DNA from: Geosiphon pyriformis uo1
Lineage: Eukaryota > Fungi > Glomeromycota
Assembly (NCBI GenBank): GCA_016748015.1
Contig: JAAOMT010000129.1
Span: 496,001 to 560,000, forward strand
Length of the DNA: 64,000 bases
Reading direction: 5' to 3'
Shown: piece after piece, positions 1 through 13,181 of the stretch
Numbering within the stretch: position 1 is the stretch's first letter
How the letters are laid out: the number at the start of each line of letters is the position of its first letter
Position numbers and translations under genes: made by a program
Notes under the pieces: model-generated
Databases searched by the model: none
Seen by the model: the letters and a program-made list of their open reading frames with translations, nothing else
Told to the model about the DNA's origin: nothing

Positions 1-254
1 GCTGCAAAGACCATAATATGCCAAATTTGTCGTAATACCTTTTTGTGTACTGTCAGGACGAAAGCGTAAGATTCTGTTCACTTGGAGCTGTATAGATAGA
101 TAATCAAATCTTCTACAAATCTCTCATACAAAATTTCCGCCTCGTTGCTAACTCAAAGCCTTTGTCTCTTAGTTTGAATGAACACGCAGAGAATAAGCAT
201 AGCAAATCTTTGAATGATTGCTTTCCAGGGTTCGTGGAACTTCCCAAAGCTTAA
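1..254 (+). CDS. 3' end of a small ZNF706/At2g23090-like zinc-finger protein (5' part outside window); exons 1-65 and 173-254
   Basis: Not in the ORF track. Manual splice (GTAAG at 66, branch GCTAAC ~147, AG 171-172) gives AAKTIICQICRNTFLCTVRTKA|LNEHAENKHSKSLNDCFPGFVELPKA*, the CxxC...HxxxKH...CFP pattern of this family. Confidence 0.85.
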
Positions 255-616
255 TAGTATGAGAGTTAGAGCATATTAAGAGCTGCATCACCTGATTTCT
301 GAATCATTGGGTTACATAATATTTCGGAATCAAACCATTCGAGATCGGACATTGAATATCAGATGGTGATTTTGTCTAAAATCATGAATTTATTGCTTAG
401 CAAATTACATTATAAAATTATTAATCATAAAGGGAAATAAAAGCATATTAGATTAATTTGATGGAGACATCAAAAATTATGGATTGAGATGTGGTGATCA
501 TTTGCTTGTCATGTTTCTTAACGCTTAACAAGTAAATTTGATTGACAAATATTATGAAAGATACCATTACATTAGATTGATGGTTCTGATTTTTTTATCT
601 GGTTGAAACTTGATTA

Positions 617-3600
617 ATGGGCCACCTGATAACTGTTGCGACTTGCTCTTTGAACCAATGGGCTTTGGATTTCGAGGGAAACTTATCGAGGATCCTCGAA
701 AGCATTCGTATTGCGAAAGAACAAGGAGCTAAAATAAGAGTTGGTCCTGAGCTAGAGATAACGTATTTTGCCGATATTTGTTACATAGCAATTGTCGAAA
801 TTGTATTTTGATTTGCTGCGCCATTTTATACTTCTTACAGTGGATATGGATGTTTCGATCACTTTCTTGAAGGTCATCTTTCAAAAAATAATTCCTGAAT
901 TGCGTTTAAACAGATGAAGCAATTAAATAACTTTGGGGATTACAGGAGATACTTATTTACACTCTTGGGAGATGATTGCCAAAATTTTGGAATCGAATGA
1001 TACACGAGATATCTTGCTTGATATTGGAATGTAAGTCACATTTGCCATTCATGGAAATTTTTACATGAAAACTTTTTAAAGTTTTCTCCCTGGTAATTTC
1101 AACGAAAAGGCCAGTAGCTCATAAAAATGTTAAATACAATTGCCGCCTGATCATTCTCAACGGTAAGATACTTTTAATCCGGCCGAAAATATATTTGGCA
1201 AATGATGGAAATTATCGTGAGTTGAGATACTTTGTCCCGTGGTCGAAACCGAGGCATGTTGAACAATATTATCTTCCTCGCATAATCAAGAATCTGACCG
1301 GTCAGGTATGCTTCTTGTTGATTATCTATGTGAGATTCTGTTTGAAATTTGAAATTTTGATTTTTTGGAATTATCTTAATCCTTTGTTTAGTCTACAGTT
1401 CCCATCGGCAATGCAGTGATTGCAACCCTCGACACGTGTGTCGGAATTGAGTTATGTGAAGAGCTTTTCACTCCGAATAGGTATCATTCTTCACACGTTC
1501 AATTTTGTATCCTTAATTATTTTAATAAATTAATCAATTTTTGTCCTTTTTGATCTAGTCCTCATATTGAAATGTGTCTAGATGGGGTTGAAATAATTAC
1601 AAATAGTAGTGGTAGTCATCATGAATTAAGAAAGCTTTATCGAAGGGTGGATTTGATCAAAGAGGCTACACTAAAGGTCACGATAAATCATTGCCTTATT
1701 TGAAAAAAAGCCTAAACTGTATTTCATTGATATTAAATTTTATCAATCAAAGAATGGAGGAGTTTATCTCTACGCAAATCAGCAAGGTTGTGATGGGGAT
1801 AGACTTTACTATGATGGTTGTGCTTTGATCGCTGTAAATGGTCGAATTGTTGCCCAGGGCTCGCAATTTTCACTGAAGGATGTCGTGAGTACACAAATCA
1901 CGCAATTTTACTGTTTTGCAATTATTTATACTTTTCATGGTTTAGGAAGTCATAACTGCTACTATTGACATGGAAGATATACGTTCTCATCGTAGCATCA
2001 GTAGCCGTGGTATACAAGCGTCAAGAGTTGATGCCTATCAAAGATTTGAGGCTGAAATAGAATTTTCAGATCCCCAGTTGAATGCAAAAACAAAAATTCG
2101 GCCAACAGAACCAATTAATGAGCTTTATCACACTCCTGAGGAAGAAATTGCGTAAGATCAAGCGCCTCTTTTTTGAAATCCTGTTTCCCTTATCTTTTAT
2201 ATTCGATCATATAATAATGATAAATTTCTTAGCTTAGGACCTGCTTGTTGGTTATGGGACTATCTTCGACGTTCAAAAACAAGTGGTTATTTCTTGCCTC
2301 TCAGCGGAGGAATTGATAGTTGTGCTACAGCGACGATTGTACATTCTATGTGTCGCTTGGTTGTGGATGGAGCTGCTAAAGGAGGTACTTTAATTTTATA
2401 TTAACCAGTAGATTGAGAAACTAAATCTCATATCTAAAATGGAAAAATAAGATAAAAAGGTAATACTCGACGCTAGAAGAATCGCAGGAGAACCAGATGA
2501 TTCGGATTATATACCTGGTGACTCAAAAGAGTTTGCAAGGTAAGTCTAAAATTTTTATTTTCATTTTTATTTTTATTACAAAATGTTAAATTTTTAATCG
2601 ATAAATTTAATCCTTCAGTCGCATCTTTCACACCTGTTATATGGGGACTGAGAACTCTACCAAGCAAACTCGCGAGCGTGCAAAGCATTTAGCCAATGCT
2701 ATTGGGAGGTATCTGACTATTTGCTTTCGGGTTTACTCTTTAGAAATCGAAATTCTCTTTGCCCCTAAATAAAAAATCAACTTTTATTTTGTAAAAACAG
2801 CTATCATGTTGATTTTAACATGGATGATGCAGTTAAGGCAATTCATTTTCTTTTTTCTACTGTCACTAAAAAAACCCCAAAATATCGAGCCCATGGTGGA
2901 TCTAATGTCGAAAATTTAGCACTTCAGAATATTCAGGTTTGGGAAAGCCTTGACACCTTGGTTTCGCCGCCATTTATAATTAAATGATTATTAACTCATT
3001 ATATCGATATAAGGCCCGATTACGAATGGTACTGGCATATCTTTTTGCCCAACTCCTGCCTTGGGTGAGAAACCGAAGTGGCTCACTTCTAGTGCTTGGG
3101 AGTGCAAATGTTGATGAATGGTAAGGTTCGATCATAAATATTTGAAAAAATTTTAATCAAACGATTTGCAATCGCAACTGATCAGAGCTGAGGTGACGAT
3201 AGTTTAAGAGGATATTTGACCAAATACGATTGCTCAAGTGCCGATATCAATCCCATCGGCGCGATCAGTAAAAGAGATTTGCGTCAATTCATTGCATATG
3301 CTAAACACAAATTCGATCTCCCCATATTGGATGAGTATGTTTCTCTGATTATTTGATTATCAACGAATAAGTGAGTAACCTTCTATTTTTTATAACAAGA
3401 TTTTTAAATGCTACTCCAACTGCTGAACTTGAGCCAATCACTAATAATTATGCACAATCAGACGAGGTGAATTTCAATAGTTCGTTTTATTGTATTCTCC
3501 TATGGTTCACCTTATTAAAAGTCTCTTGAACAGGTGGACATGGGCATGACTTATGATGAGCTTTCAATATTTGGACGACTCAGAAAGATTGGAAAATGTG

Positions 3601-3943
3601 GGCCTTTTTCCATGTTTTCAAAGCTTGTTCATGAATGGGGTAAAGAGTTGCGACCAACCGAGGTAAAATTATCTAGATTTTTTACTCGATTTTGAGTTAT
3701 TAAATATATCGAATAAGCTCATATTTTATGGTGATACAGGTGGCTGAAAAGGTGAAACGATTCTTTTATTATTATTCGATCAATCGCCACAAGATGACCA
3801 CCTTGACTCCATCTTATCATGCCGAATCGTACAGTCCCGATGATAATCGATTCGATCTGAGACCTTTCCTTTATAATGCCGAATGGACGTGGCAGTTTGG
3901 GAAAGTGGACGCGTTAGCACGGAAAATGGAAAAAGAAAACTAA
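617..3943 (+). CDS. QNS1: Glutamine-dependent NAD(+) synthetase, about 16 short GT-AG introns
   Basis: N-terminus [22 protein letters not shown]; nitrilase-domain motifs [18 protein letters not shown]; synthetase motifs [35 protein letters not shown]; C-terminal [30 protein letters not shown]. Confidence 0.97.
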
Positions 3944-4076
3944 TAATTTTCACGATCAATAGAAAAATCAACATAGATCCTCCCTTTCATAGCTTAAGAA
4001 ACTATCAATTTTATCAGTCAAATACAAATAAAAATTCCACTTTCAAAGACCTGCTATACTCTTTTTTCTAATTCAT

Positions 4077-5613
4077 ATGTCTTCCGTACCACTACAACAG
4101 CTACAACAGCATGAGTTTGGACGCTCCATGCGCTCTCAATTCTATCTTGAAGAAGGCTATATATCCCTAAATCATGGCTCATATGGAACCTACCCTAGAA
4201 AAGTGCGTGATTCTTTACATAACTTTCAAAATATAGCAGAAGCGGCGCCTGATAAATGGTTTAGGAGGGACTTAGCCCTCGAGTTATCAAAGGCAAGAGC
4301 TGAGGTTGCTCAATTTGTCAACACCGACACAAATGAAATCGTATTTGTTCAGAATACAACTACTGCCATCAATTCAGTTTTAAAAAGTTTGAGGTATGAG
4401 GTTGGGGACAAGGTTTGTGTGCGAGTGTATTGTTGGATACGAAAAAAAAACAGGCAATTTATTAAATGGAATTTTAAAAGATCTAAGGTTGTCTTTATCT
4501 TATTTCCCTGTTAAACAACTAACGATAATTTATTTTCAATACTGTTGTGTAAAGTTATTATTTCTTTCTACGATTTATAGCGCTCTGAGAGAATTGATGT
4601 ATTTTATTCGAGATTCAAGCGAGGGAAAAGTTTCTTTGATTGAAATTGAAGTCAACTATCCCATATCAAATAAAGATTTAATTGGGCGAATCGTCAAAAA
4701 CATAGAGGACGAGAAAAGGAAGCCAAATTCGAGAATAAAGTTAGCTCTAATAGATGCTATATCTTCTTTACCAGGTTTTTTTTATTTCGATTTATTTTCA
4801 ATCTTATGCGATTTATCTCTTTTATATTGAGGGGACCCTTTTGCTTGTAGGTGTAGTTGTACCTTTTCAACAAATTATCCCTCTTCTGAGAAAACATAAT
4901 ATTCTATCTGTTATTGATGGTGCTCATTCGATTGGACAAATACCGCTGAATCTCAAAACTCTTGATCCCGATTTTTTTGCGACAAATTGTCACAAGTGGC
5001 TTTTTACTGCTCGAGGTTCTGCGATCTTGTATGTTCCGTTTAGAAATCAAAAGCATATACATCATGCCATAACAAGTGCCGATTATAATAACGGCTTTGT
5101 GAATGAATTCGGTTGGGTGGGTACGCAGGATTTTAGGTTTGTTGAAGTGCTCATGATTTTCCAAAATAACATTTTAAATCGTTCGAAATTGGGTGCTTAA
5201 CTTTTGGTTCACATCTTTGAAGCTCCTATTTGACAATCAGTGCCGCACTCGAGTTTCGGCGAAATATAGGTGGCGAAGCTCGAATTCAAGAATATTGCAA
5301 CCGATTAGCAGTTAGTGGTGGTAAATTGATTGCCTCAATCCTTGGGACAGAGATAATAGGGCCTGAATATCTCATTGCTCACATGGTAAATATTCGACTT
5401 CCAATCTCGATATCGAATTCACTGTTCAATGAGGTCGATTTCGTAAAGATTTTGTTTACTCGTTATAATTGCATGATCGCATTATTTAAGCATGCTGGGT
5501 TCTGGTACGTTAGAGCAAGTGCCCAGATATACACAGATCTTCGAGATTTTGAATACATTGGCACCACTTTGAAAGAAATTTGTGCTACTTTTACAAATAC
5601 AAGCAAATTATAA
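4077..5613 (+). CDS. EGT2: PLP-dependent class-V aminotransferase-family C-S lyase, hercynylcysteine sulfoxide lyase (EGT2)-like; 3 introns (~4413-4553, ~4775-4850, ~5137-5222)
   Basis: Motifs LNHGSYG, VFVQNTTTAINSVL, IDGAHSIGQ, PDFFATNCHKWL (PLP lysine), EFGWVGTQD and RASAQIY, joined across four ORF-track fragments by GT-AG introns. Orthology to EGT2 versus a LolT-like paralogue is not resolvable by eye. Confidence 0.85.
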
Positions 5614-6705
5614 AGACCACCATGTGATCATATAAAATATTATAACTAATTTAATGACCCATGCTTCACCTTAATTTCATTTTTAATCAAAATTGAGTTA
5701 GGTTTTGCAATAAATTATTACAATAAATATAAAAATAGTAATAACATTATAATATAATATATATACATATTTATATTAAATAAAATAAATAAAAGTTGTT
5801 TTTTATTATATAATTATTTTAACATTGTTTTAATTTTATTATACTTAAATAAATATATTATATTATAATATTGGTATTAAAAATTCTGAAGTTTTATTAA
5901 ACATTCAAATTTTTTCAAGTTTTAATGTTTTTAGTAAAAACTTTATTAAAAGATTATTTTATTGAAATCAACACAATATTTTTTATTTATTTATTTAATA
6001 AGTACAGTTTAACTATTATTTATTACAATAAAACCATATAAAGTTCTAAAATAAGTATAACTTATGCTTTTTTACATGTAATCAGTTACTTGAGCCAAAC
6101 AAAACTACATTATATGTTAATATTATGAATAATATAAACACTATTGTATAACTTAAACAATATTAATAACAAAGAAAATTTTGTGGCAAAATTAATTAAA
6201 ATTTTTTTAATAAAATTCAAAATATAAATATTTTTATTAAAATATTGAGATAATAATATTACAAATTGGACTAACAAGATAAAACAGAATTATATAGTAA
6301 TAAAATTAATCAAAAAAAAATTCAACTTCAAAGAGCAAATTAAATTAGTATAAATTTAATATATAAGATCAATCTTATAAATATCTTAATTTTTATTCTT
6401 TTTAAAAAATAACAAAAAAATCTGAAAATAAAAAAATAGTCTGTACTGTTAACAAAAAATAACATATTATTATAATTTTATGTCTTATATTAGCATTTTT
6501 AAAATTTAATATTAGGTATTAATTGTATTTTTTAATAATATTTATTTAATAATATTTAAAACTAACAATTATTTTTTTTTTATTAACATTTAACAAGTGA
6601 AGTCCAAACACTGCTTAGTGCAATACATTATACAAATAATCTAAACTAGGTGTGAATCATGCATTATCTACATGTGACCAGCCACTCGGACCAATCAAAA
6701 CAACA

Positions 6706-9700
6706 CTAAGCACCTATATGAACAGAAATCTCATCCCCTATGCCTGAAAAAAACAAACAAGACTTACGGAATCCAAAACCAATACCAATCGCTTCAGCAA
6801 CACTCAGTAGCCAAGTCACACCAGATGACAGCCCTAAAGAAAGCCCAGAAATCGAGACAGAAACTGACCCATCACATAGAATAAGCCTATTCTTTTCCAT
6901 AAAAGCACAGTGCTTGGCACGAACCAACCAAATGTCTTCCCAAAAAGCCAAGCTAAACTCACGCACAAAAGCCACAATGTTCTGACCCACTATCCTGGAA
7001 TCCTTAAAGACAGAAACAGACTCACGAAACCAATCTTTGAAAACAAAACCTTTGCATAAAGCAGTACTAACTGAAATGTCAGATACACAAGTAGACATCA
7101 GCTGCGAGACACCTGAAAAAGAATGAGCCAAACCGGAGCACACACCCCAAACTGCTGCATGAGTGTCCAACAACTGAGCATGACTATTGGCATCAAATGA
7201 ACAAGAAAACACATGGTCTGAGACCTCGACATCACTGCAAAACAAACACATCACACTGGGGTATCACTTATTATAAAGCCACTTACACATGGCAACAGGG
7301 AGCCGATAGTGCAATGCTTTTATAAAGTAAGTCCAGAAACCAGCAGTCCACTTGCTAGTGAAGCCAGCAGCCATGTGAGAATCCGGATGCCAAACCAGTG
7401 ATGATCTAAACCAATCAATATCTGTACGCAGACTATCCACCACTACCTCCATACCACAACTGATTTCCCAATGTGCACAATGAACTGACCAAAAAATATC
7501 CCAAACAAAATGTCTAGAATTACCAGAAATGGCTGCTCCCCCACCCCTAAGATAGCGTTCATCGACAGAATAGGGCAGATGTCAACCAAAGAGAGCTGCA
7601 GCCCTGGCCAACTTATCAGCTCGTTCATTGCCTAAAACCCCTGAGTGTCTTTTTACCTTACACCAATTAACTTTTAAATTCTTACGATGAATGACATTAA
7701 CAATATGGCAGTGTTCAATCCAACACCAATTCCTAAAATCTGGGCAAACCAATTCCATTTCCAACTTGCAAGTGTTCAAAGCAGCCTGACTGTCTGAGAA
7801 CAAGTCAACCGAGCAAGAAGAAGGGACACACTCAAGCGCCAGAGCAATAGCCTGCAGTTCCATCAAGATAGAAGACATCAAACCAGATATTCCCACATCC
7901 AAATCCATACCAATATCCTCAAAGAAAACAGCAGCCCCAGCTTTCATATCAACAGTCCCTAAATCACTTAGAGATCCATCTGTGTAAACAAAAAAATGAC
8001 CAACATTAGAATTGAATAAACCAGTGCCAATGACACCAAACTCATGAGACCAAAGAACATTTGAAGAGCCGCGATCAGCCAAAAGCATGGAGTAGACAGG
8101 AAGAGAAGACACGCCACCAAGAAAACGAACTGACAGCTCAAACCAGACAGGAACCGGACCATGTGGGTCTAACCACTTCCACCGTTTGAAGGTCTTCTAC
8201 TCGAAAACAGTTCCATTTTGGTCCCGTAGCTGGTCTATGAAAGCAATCCTATAATGCCAAAGTAAAGAGTCACTTTTGACATAATTTAATTCACCAAGAA
8301 CAAGAGACATAGAAGTTCCACCCCAATGACAAAAAGTGCTAGTCAGAGAGCCACCCAACGACAAATCACACCCAGAGAAAATATGCACCACACCCGCCAG
8401 AAAATTGTTTAAAGGATTGACTTTGACACGAACCGGACACTGCAACAGATGTAGCGGGTGCCAGTAGAGGACCTGCATATCATGTGACTGGTGAGAAAAT
8501 AGACGCCCCAAAATCCCAACAGAATTTGTGAAAGAAACAACTGAAGCCAACTTGCTCTCAGCTTGAACTTGCTCAAAAGTCTTCAAACCATACAGAGAAG
8601 GATAATGAATCGCATCATTGGGGAAATCACGTGGCAAACCAGACTTAGATCTCAAGTTCTTACAAATCAAAGTGTTCCACATTCTACAAGAACTAATAAG
8701 AATGTAACTGAACTGTGTTCTATATCCAATGATAGGAAAGAGGACCACTGAAACCAAATATGAAAGTTGCTTATTAGATATTGCCTTTTTCAGGACTAAA
8801 CTAGAAAAAAACCGGACATCAGAATGCGTCTTAGCCAAACTAGGCTTCGAAAGACCCTCAGTTAACAAATAGATCCCCAAATAGCGATGCGATTCCTCCT
8901 TCTTAGCGATAGAAATAGGTGACCTGCTGATCAGCAAAGAGGAAGCCATACCATCACAATTGATGAAAATGGCAACAGTTTTATCATTATTAATCAAGAT
9001 GTCATTGATATTGAAAAATTCACTAACAACGTTAAGAATGTGTTGTGTGACACTTTGACTGCTGTCAACCCATATAGTATCATCAACAAAGGCATCCGCT
9101 GCAAAAAATGAAGATACATCAGCTTGAGACTCAGCACAACCACATCCAGAAATAACATGAGAATTAAATCTATAGCCACACCCATCCGCCTGTCTCTTAA
9201 CTTTACACAAAAGGGGATCATAAAATATGCACCAGAGGAGTGGTGAGAACACCTCCCCCTGGTCCAAGTCATCATGTACCACATACCCATCCGTCAAACC
9301 AAAATCTGGCATAACTCTGTTAATGCAACCACTGTAGATGCCGCCAAAGAACCTAATGAATCTGCTATACATCTTTATTCTAACCAAACTGTCCTGAAGG
9401 TGTTTCCACCCAACAGAATCATAAACTTTCTGCATGTCTTACAAGACCAACTAAAGCTCATGATTTTTCTCCAAAGCATCTTCAATAACCAAATCAATGG
9501 CAAAAATGGAAAACTGTGTTGTTGTACCCTTTAAAACCAAAAAATTGTCCCCACGCAGAACATCAAAAATATTACAAGCCAATGAGATCCTATCTGAAAA
9601 AATCTTAGAAAGAATCTTGCAGGCAGTTTCAATCAAGACAATAGGTTGGGTGTTCATAAGAACCCCTTTCTACTCATACAGCTTAGGGATTATTGAGACC

Positions 9701-11394
9701 CAGGCTTCCTTCCAAGCACTAGGTATTGACTCATGAATCAAACAAGAATTTAAAAGCACCAAAAGCATGTCCAAAATTGATCTGTCACAGTGTTTCCAGA
9801 GCTCATTCAAAATTCCAGAAAGACCAGCAGTCTTGCCCTCAGGCAGACCAGAAACCACACTGAACAACTCATTGAAACCAACAGGACACATTAGACCAGA
9901 AAATGCACCATCAAAAACATACTCTTAAGGCTTATACTGGCAAGACCAAATATTGGAGATATCTGGCACCACCTTACGCTTCCTGGTCCAGCCTTCCATG
10001 ATCCCATCCACCCTAGCCTTGACTGAGCTGGGCTCCAAAATCAACTCGTCACCCACAACCAGATGATCCAGTACCACTTTGCAAAAGGGACGCTCCAAAA
10101 CACTCCTAATAGTGTGACCCTTGTTTGATTCGAAACTTTCCATTCTTTTATCAATAGCTGCCCTAATATGGGATTTCTCAGCACGTTTAGATTCCAGCAA
10201 CTTAGCAGAGTGGTAAGACTTCCTTGCCTTAGCCAGAACTGAGCAAATCCTGTCAAAACTGGAGTTTAAAAGAAATAAAAACTTCACCACCGAAGCACCA
10301 TTGACATTGAGCTTTTCCCATGTATTTAACAACGACACAAATTCCACACTAGACAACAAACAAGACACCTTAACCAGCTTGGATATCAGCAATTCAAGCT
10401 TGTGAAACCTAGAAGAACTCTTGGTAAAAACCTCATCATAACTCTTAAACCATTTCTTTTTGAATGTTCCAACTGCTGAGAGAACCATTACTTTGCGTAC
10501 AATGTCCCACATAGCATCCAAATCTGAAGATTCCGCAGAAGCAGCAAAATTACTCGAGAACATTAGGCCATTGGCCAACATAGCATTCATAAAATTGTTC
10601 CACTCTTTCTTGCCAGCATTCCCGAAATTGAACTTCCAACAATCTTTATTAGCCTGCTTGTGTATCGAATTCAGCTAAGAGTCAAGCAAGCCACCCAAAC
10701 CCACAGAAACAGAAACAGTCTTATGATCAGTATCAAAAAAGTCCTCAACCCCAGTCACACCACGATCCATCACAGCATTGACCAAGCTTGAAGAGACAAA
10801 CATATAGTCAATAGTCTTGACAACACCACGAGAGTTACCCCATGTCGGCGTCTTTGTAAGCACACTTCCACCCAAGGCATTAACCAGACCCAGATCAAAG
10901 CACTTTTTGAAACTGGCACTCTTACAAACGCCATCCTCATTGAAATCGCCACCTAAGACCACAAAAGAAAATTCATTTACCGCCTTAGCAATCAAAGAAT
11001 TGATGTTGCCAGCCTGTGAGAATCGGACACTTGAAGAGGCACCAGCGTAGAGACCCAAAATAGAAACTGAAAGTTTATTTTTGAAGAGAAGTCTGACAGA
11101 GAGGAGCTGGCCGGGCACTTCAGAAACCTTGAAAACATGCCTTGCCAAAGAAGAATTCATGACGATTAACACCCCAGCACCCAAAAAACCAGAATCCAGA
11201 CTAGAAGTAAAAACCCAAACACCATCAAATTTGTTGGCCAACCACGGACAAACTTTCCCTTTAAGCTTTGACTCAGTGAAAATAGAAACTAAATTGCCCA
11301 TATTCCTATGCCAACGAATGACATCATCTTGCTTTGCAGGATTGTTCAACCCATGAACATTACACGTAACAATTTTCTACACCAGACCACTCAT
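6706..11394 (-). pseudogene. LINE ORF2, disrupted by stops and frameshifts
   Basis: APE motifs TCNV, TESKL, GGDFNE, IDYMFVS, TDHK; RT motifs QGEVFSPLLW, AFVDDT, RYLGI; RNase H motifs YTDGS, ELQAI, SDSQAA, HSGVLGNERAD; C-terminal CLFC...HVFSC. Confidence 0.92.
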
Positions 11395-13181
11395 TGAGAA
11401 AGAGGTAGAAGAAGAGCACCACCTGCCAAAGCCAAACCATCCAAGCGCACCAATAGGCTTATGACTAAAGCAGAGAGACCTTCCAACATGTTTTCCAATT
11501 TCACAACCTCAGATGAGGCAGTTGAACCTGTAATGGCAGCAGTCTTGTCACTAGTGGCATCATCCGAATTCACTCCCATCACTATATCCTCCTCTTGATT
11601 CTGTGATAGGGGGGTCACCGGCAGCTGACATCCAGGGCTAGGCTGGGAAACTGCCAGCACAAATAAGTCCAACCTCTTAGCCAACTCACTAATTTGTTTT
11701 GCGAGGCTGACAAGACTGCTCTCAATATTCTTCAAACAGTCTTCCAATTCACCACTAACAGTCGGAAGAGGTTTACCATAAGATACGGAACCAGATTGAG
11801 CTGAACCACTAAATGACACTAATGGAAGTGGTTTACTAACCATGGAGGCCCAGGTTTTTCCACCAAAAGCCAAAGGGTGGGAAATGGGAGCAGATTTTTT
11901 TTCATATATCTTAGCCAAATGGAGCTGATATTGAGCTGAAAGAGGAGCTCTTTTGCTCTTAGGACTTGAGGATGCACCAGCAGTATGACAAGCAAGAGAA
12001 GTATGACTGCAAATTGAGCACAGTGCAGCAGTCAAACGAGACCAACAGAGACCAACGCCTTTTATAACAGGAGTGTTTGCCATTGTCTGAATAAGACTAT
12101 CCTCAGAATCGAAGCACACAGTGGCACAGCGTGCCCAGACATAACTAACAGAGCTGCATTCAATAACACATGTTTTCCCACCAACTGAACCAATGAAGTC
12201 CCAAAGATCATGAGTGGTGGTACCCATAGGAAGAATGTAAAGCAAAGTCTTGAACTCATCTTTGGCGTCCCACGTTTGTTTGTCAACATCGGCCCAGGCC
12301 ACATGCACTGCATCTTTCCCAATAAGAACAGACCACTTAGCCATCAAGAGATCAGCCTGAATTTGATCTTCCAATTTGATGATCGTCTTTTGCCATAGAC
12401 CCACCAACTGCATTTTGATCGACTTAATAAGCTCAAATTCAGAAATGGCTGTACACACTGCCTCGATGGAAGTTCCCACAGGAATTTTTTTCAACACAAT
12501 TGCTTGATTTGTACGATTGTTGATGGGGCACTTAAGATTGGTGTTTACCACAACACCACAATCATTTGCCAATTGAGCAGCCACTATCATTGCCTTTTCA
12601 GAAGTGAAAGATGCCTGGATGATTCCACCAAATTTTGAGGGAGCAGGGGCTCCCCCAAAACCATTCACACCTGAGAAAATTTTTCTGACAAAGTTCAATT
12701 TCTCCTGAGATGATTTCCCAGCAACAGCCACGAAATTAATATCCAAAGCAAAGGACTTGCGAACAGGCACTTGAACAGACGGTTTGATAGACAAAGGGGG
12801 TGGGAGAAGGAAAGAACCATCTAACACATCATTGTTTACATCAACAGTACCATAATCAATCACACCCAGAGGCTTCCCTAACACCTTCTTGGTCTTTATA
12901 TGCAAACTCTTAGGCATTTGATTAGGATCCCCTTCTGTGAAAGCACCATTTTCACCATAGTCAACACTGGTTTCCTTAATCAAGCACTCCTTCTCCATGT
13001 CAATACTCTCAGATTCAGTAGTGTCACCCACCTCAGAACCCCATGAACAATTACCAAGAGCTTTATCAGCAACTTCACTATTATTAACACTCTCTGCCAA
13101 TACACCACCCTTTCTTTTCTTCCTGGATGCAACTGTTTTAAAACCACCCTCAGAACCAGAAACTTTGGCAGCCTTCTTCAT
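11391..13181 (-). CDS. LINE ORF1 (596 aa, gag-like nucleic-acid-binding protein; degenerate zinc knuckle and coiled-coil-like C-terminus)
   Basis: Open ORF directly upstream of the endonuclease; basic N-terminus (RKKRK), CSICSHTSLAC remnant, heptad-like LKNIESSLVSLAKQISELAKRLD. Confidence 0.75.
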   Translation of the reverse strand: MKKAAKVSGSEGGFKTVASRKKRKGGVLAESVNNSEVADKALGNCSWGSEVGDTTESESIDMEKECLIKETSVDYGENGAFTEGDPNQMPKSLHIKTKKVLGKPLGVIDYGTVDVNNDVLDGSFLLPPPLSIKPSVQVPVRKSFALDINFVAVAGKSSQEKLNFVRKIFSGVNGFGGAPAPSKFGGIIQASFTSEKAMIVAAQLANDCGVVVNTNLKCPINNRTNQAIVLKKIPVGTSIEAVCTAISEFELIKSIKMQLVGLWQKTIIKLEDQIQADLLMAKWSVLIGKDAVHVAWADVDKQTWDAKDEFKTLLYILPMGTTTHDLWDFIGSVGGKTCVIECSSVSYVWARCATVCFDSEDSLIQTMANTPVIKGVGLCWSRLTAALCSICSHTSLACHTAGASSSPKSKRAPLSAQYQLHLAKIYEKKSAPISHPLAFGGKTWASMVSKPLPLVSFSGSAQSGSVSYGKPLPTVSGELEDCLKNIESSLVSLAKQISELAKRLDLFVLAVSQPSPGCQLPVTPLSQNQEEDIVMGVNSDDATSDKTAAITGSTASSEVVKLENMLEGLSALVISLLVRLDGLALAGGALLLPLSQ

